Source of the DNA: Chiloscyllium plagiosum
Lineage: Eukaryota
DNA length: 34,579 nucleotides
Reading direction: 5' to 3'
NCBI RefSeq assembly: GCF_004010195.1
Contig: NC_057719.1
Coordinates: 90,160,075 to 90,194,653, forward strand
Positions 34,131 to 34,579 of this stretch are shown piece by piece (the first letter of the stretch is position 1; the number at the start of each line of letters is the position of its first letter). Made by a program: the position numbers and the translations under genes. A model generated the notes under the pieces. That model was not told the origin of the DNA, did not search any database, and was given only the letters and a program-made list of their open reading frames with translations.

Positions 34131-34579
34131 ACTCCTCCCTCACCTCCATCCAAGGCCCTAAAGGAGCCTTCCACATCCATCAAAGTTTTACCTTCCACAT
34201 CCACTAATATCATTTATTGTATCCGTTGTTCCCGATGCGGTCTCCTCTACATTGGGGAGACTGGGCGCCTCCTAGCAGAGCGCTTTAGGGAACATCTCCG
34301 GGACACCCGCACCAATCAACCACACCGCCCCATGGCCCAACATTTCAACTCCCCCTCCCACTCTGCCGAAGACATGGAGGTCCTGGGCCTCCTTCACCGC
34401 CGCTCCCTCACCACCAGACGCATGGAAGAAGAACGCCTCACCTTCCGCCTCGGAACACTTCAACCCCAGGGCATCAATATGGACTTCAACAGTTTCCTCA
34501 TTTCCCCTTCCCCCACCCCTCCCTAGTTCCAAACTTCCAGCTCAGCACTGCCCCCATGACTTGTCCTACCTGCCTATCT
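34131..34579 (+). mobile_element. Penelope-like element: GIY-YIG endonuclease and start of 3' UTR, runs off window end
   Basis: Open frame 34200-34526: STNIIYCIRCSRCGLLYIGETGRLLAERFREHL..MAQHFNSPSH..EERLTFRLGTLQPQGINMDF; +1 frameshift near 34195. Confidence 0.92.

Overview
This is vertebrate genomic DNA, most likely from a shark (inferred from HE1-type V-SINEs, a DeuSINE-type element, CR1 and Penelope-like repeats). It is mostly nested, decayed retroelements, so nearly all ORFs in the supplied track are TE debris or spurious. Two short + strand coding exons that the ORF track missed (24807-24922 and 31988-32048) splice in frame and encode the N-terminal thrombospondin type-1 repeat of papilin (PAPLN). 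The signal-peptide exon and later exons were not found in the window. The most notable non-genic system is a set of at least 9 short Penelope-like terminal fragments from 3 families. They carry minimal hammerhead-ribozyme cores (CTGANGA-stem-GAAACGTH or GAAAGCTH), are often fold-back inverted pairs, and have 6-16 bp target duplications; a Penelope GIY-YIG endonuclease fragment lies at the window end. Also seen: a probable retrocopied mRNA 3' UTR nested inside a CR1 and hosting an L1, a head-only SINE with a 44-bp duplication, a perfect fold-back at a CR1 truncation point, and a candidate frameshifting micro-exon in the PAPLN intron. TE family names come from recognised motifs, not database searches, and TE boundaries are approximate.
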